NCBI RefSeq assembly: GCF_041260155.1
Contig: NC_091937.1
Span: 6,640,626 to 6,704,625 of the forward strand
Direction: 5' to 3'
DNA length: 64,000 nucleotides
Origin: Ptychodera flava
Lineage: Eukaryota
Below, piece by piece: positions 62,401 through 64,000 of the stretch. The notes under the pieces are model-generated. The model did not search any database, had not been told where the DNA came from, and worked only from the letters and a program-made list of their open reading frames with translations. Both the position numbers and the translations under genes were made by a program. Positions within the stretch are counted from its first letter, which is position 1. Every line of letters begins with the position of its first letter.

Positions 62401-63332
62401 CTATAATGTACAATGGCATACAATTGCCCATAGCACGATAGCTTCAACAATGTGAAACGTGCATTTTTACCAACTACTGGCCATAGCTCGCTACCTGTAG
62501 ACCATGCCGTGTGAACAGGAAGAATGTTTGCTAGATTGTTTAAAAAAATACAAGAACTTTAACAGAAAAACCATGGGGAAGCATTACAAGACTCAATATC
62601 TTATTTCCATATTTAGCAACACAATATATTCATGTTCCTCAAAGCCCTTCAAATTTTTACATCGGCAGCATCACTTCGCAGGCGGAGAGCTGCAGCCATT
62701 TTTTGTTTACATTGTTTACCATCAAAATGCAAATATAGTTCGGGAATACTCCAAACCGATGACGTTTATAGTGCATATCTCGACATTTACTGTGAAATAT
62801 CACAGCTGATATTTTACGGTAAATGTCACTATCGTGAAGTGATATGGGCATGGGTATATGATAATATGACCTTGAATGACGAAATAAGAAAGCGTTTGTG
62901 TATAGCTGTTGAAAGCACCAGGAGTATAATTATTATAACACGCCACACACAAATTTTTTGCCAAGTTCATAAGAACAAGATCCATGATGAGAAAATGGAT
63001 AAAGCTAGCTACACTCTAGCTCAAAATATCAACTCAAGCTGGATTAAATATTTTCCTTTTTGCATTCTATTAGCATATCAATTAGAAAATATAAGTTCAA
63101 GCAGGGATGTTAATTTGTGTGCCAAGAATATTTTCAATGTCTCACCACAAAGAAATTATTACATCAACAACTGCTGTGGAGACCATTTACAATTCTTGTA
63201 CAGTGTGTGCATTTAAGGTAGTATGTGCCGCAAAAGTAAGACTCAAACCTTCCTCGAAGTATACATATGTCCTTGTGGGAAATTACAGTGCTCGATGCTA
63301 AAGCAGAGTGTTATGAATAATAATACAAAAAT

Positions 63333-63456
63333 ACTTCAAGTACAAAGTAATGATATCTGTTACTTAAGTTTCATGCATCCTGCATCCTTCTTCTGTCTGA
63401 TGATAGCAGGATGCATGAAACTTAAGTAACAGATATCATTACTTTGTACCTGAAGT
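63333..63456. repeat. near-perfect inverted repeat: 51-bp arms with one mismatch and a 22-nt loop
   Basis: Left arm acttcaagtacaaagtaatgatatctgttacttaagtttcatgcatcctgc. The right arm is its reverse complement, with cagg in place of caag. Loop atccttcttctgtctgatgata. Confidence 0.85.
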
Positions 63457-63466
63457 AATTTTGTGT

Positions 63467-63582
<116 letters not shown>

Positions 63583-64000
63583 CACATGAACTCGCCCGTA
63601 TCTCCACCTGTGTGACGTACACCAGCACAGATAAGAAATCCATATTACCGCTGTTGTACGTCATCAACCGGAACTTTTTTCCTGCAATGGTACCGTTCGT
63701 ACGTGCACATCGCGACACAGACCGATTTGTCGTGATCGATACCGTGCTCTCATGGCATTTTGACAAAAAGGTGACCCGATAAATCCAGATACGGAAACAG
63801 AGAAGGCATGCCCAACGAAATTTCGAGTCGCTAAAGCTTTACTATTCCCAAGAATCGAATGAGGATACCGTCGATCGTTTGACTCAGTAACGTCACGGCT
63901 CCAGTCGCAAGGCTCAATGTGGATATCGTAGTACCTGGCGATCGCCAAGCGACGTTGTACCTGGCGATCCCGGTTGGCGATAAACCCGAAAGATACACCT

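Noticed and set aside
60705-62455. Chain of + strand ORFs (up to 166 aa) with repeating MPIVQTYRVSCKPNVYGPNVSKMSNVYVILG peptides
   Set aside because: Artefact of the 117-bp satellite, whose unit length is a multiple of 3 and keeps the frame open.
62632-63216. 194-aa ORF with an ATG start, the longest non-repeat ORF in the window
   Set aside because: AT-rich and low complexity, with no recognisable domain, no splice or promoter context, and satellite and hairpin repeats on both sides. Most likely a chance ORF or TE remnant. Left unannotated.

Overview
The window is metazoan nuclear DNA, probably from a marine invertebrate; I cannot name the taxon from sequence alone. It is AT-rich, has GT-AG introns of 0.1-4 kb and is dense in interspersed repeats. 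No prokaryotic or organellar features are present. Two genes lie on the + strand. (1) The 3' part of an akirin gene: coding exons 333-701, 2118-2189 and 3430-3440, ending ...[61 protein letters not shown]. (2) A complete PARP4 / vault poly(ADP-ribose) polymerase-like gene, CDS 13152-51857 in about 28 exons. Its BRCT domain, PARP catalytic domain, VIT domain and vWA domain align in the same order with human PARP4, including the MGIF start. Every exon-exon junction I traced keeps splice phase. The last five exons (46719-51857) have no counterpart in human PARP4. They encode a truncated 14-3-3-like segment ([27 protein letters not shown]) followed by an actin-derived segment with 20 residues identical to actin ([20 protein letters not shown]). 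The stop codon overlaps an AATAAA signal. This is either a chimeric PARP4 C-terminus or a separate downstream 14-3-3/actin-like gene, possibly driven by a CpG-rich intronic island at 44.39-45.56 kb. The introns and both flanks are filled with non-autonomous elements. These include a ~340-bp SINE-like family (about 11 copies, both orientations) and a piggyBac-like MITE with TTAA duplications, one copy of which is nested inside a SINE copy. Two related families carry internal ~150-bp tandem arrays and microsatellites. There are also satellites of 48, ~117, ~130, ~145 and ~150 bp, a near-perfect 51-bp-arm hairpin and long imperfect palindromes. Many long ORFs in the supplied track are artefacts of reading through tandem repeats.
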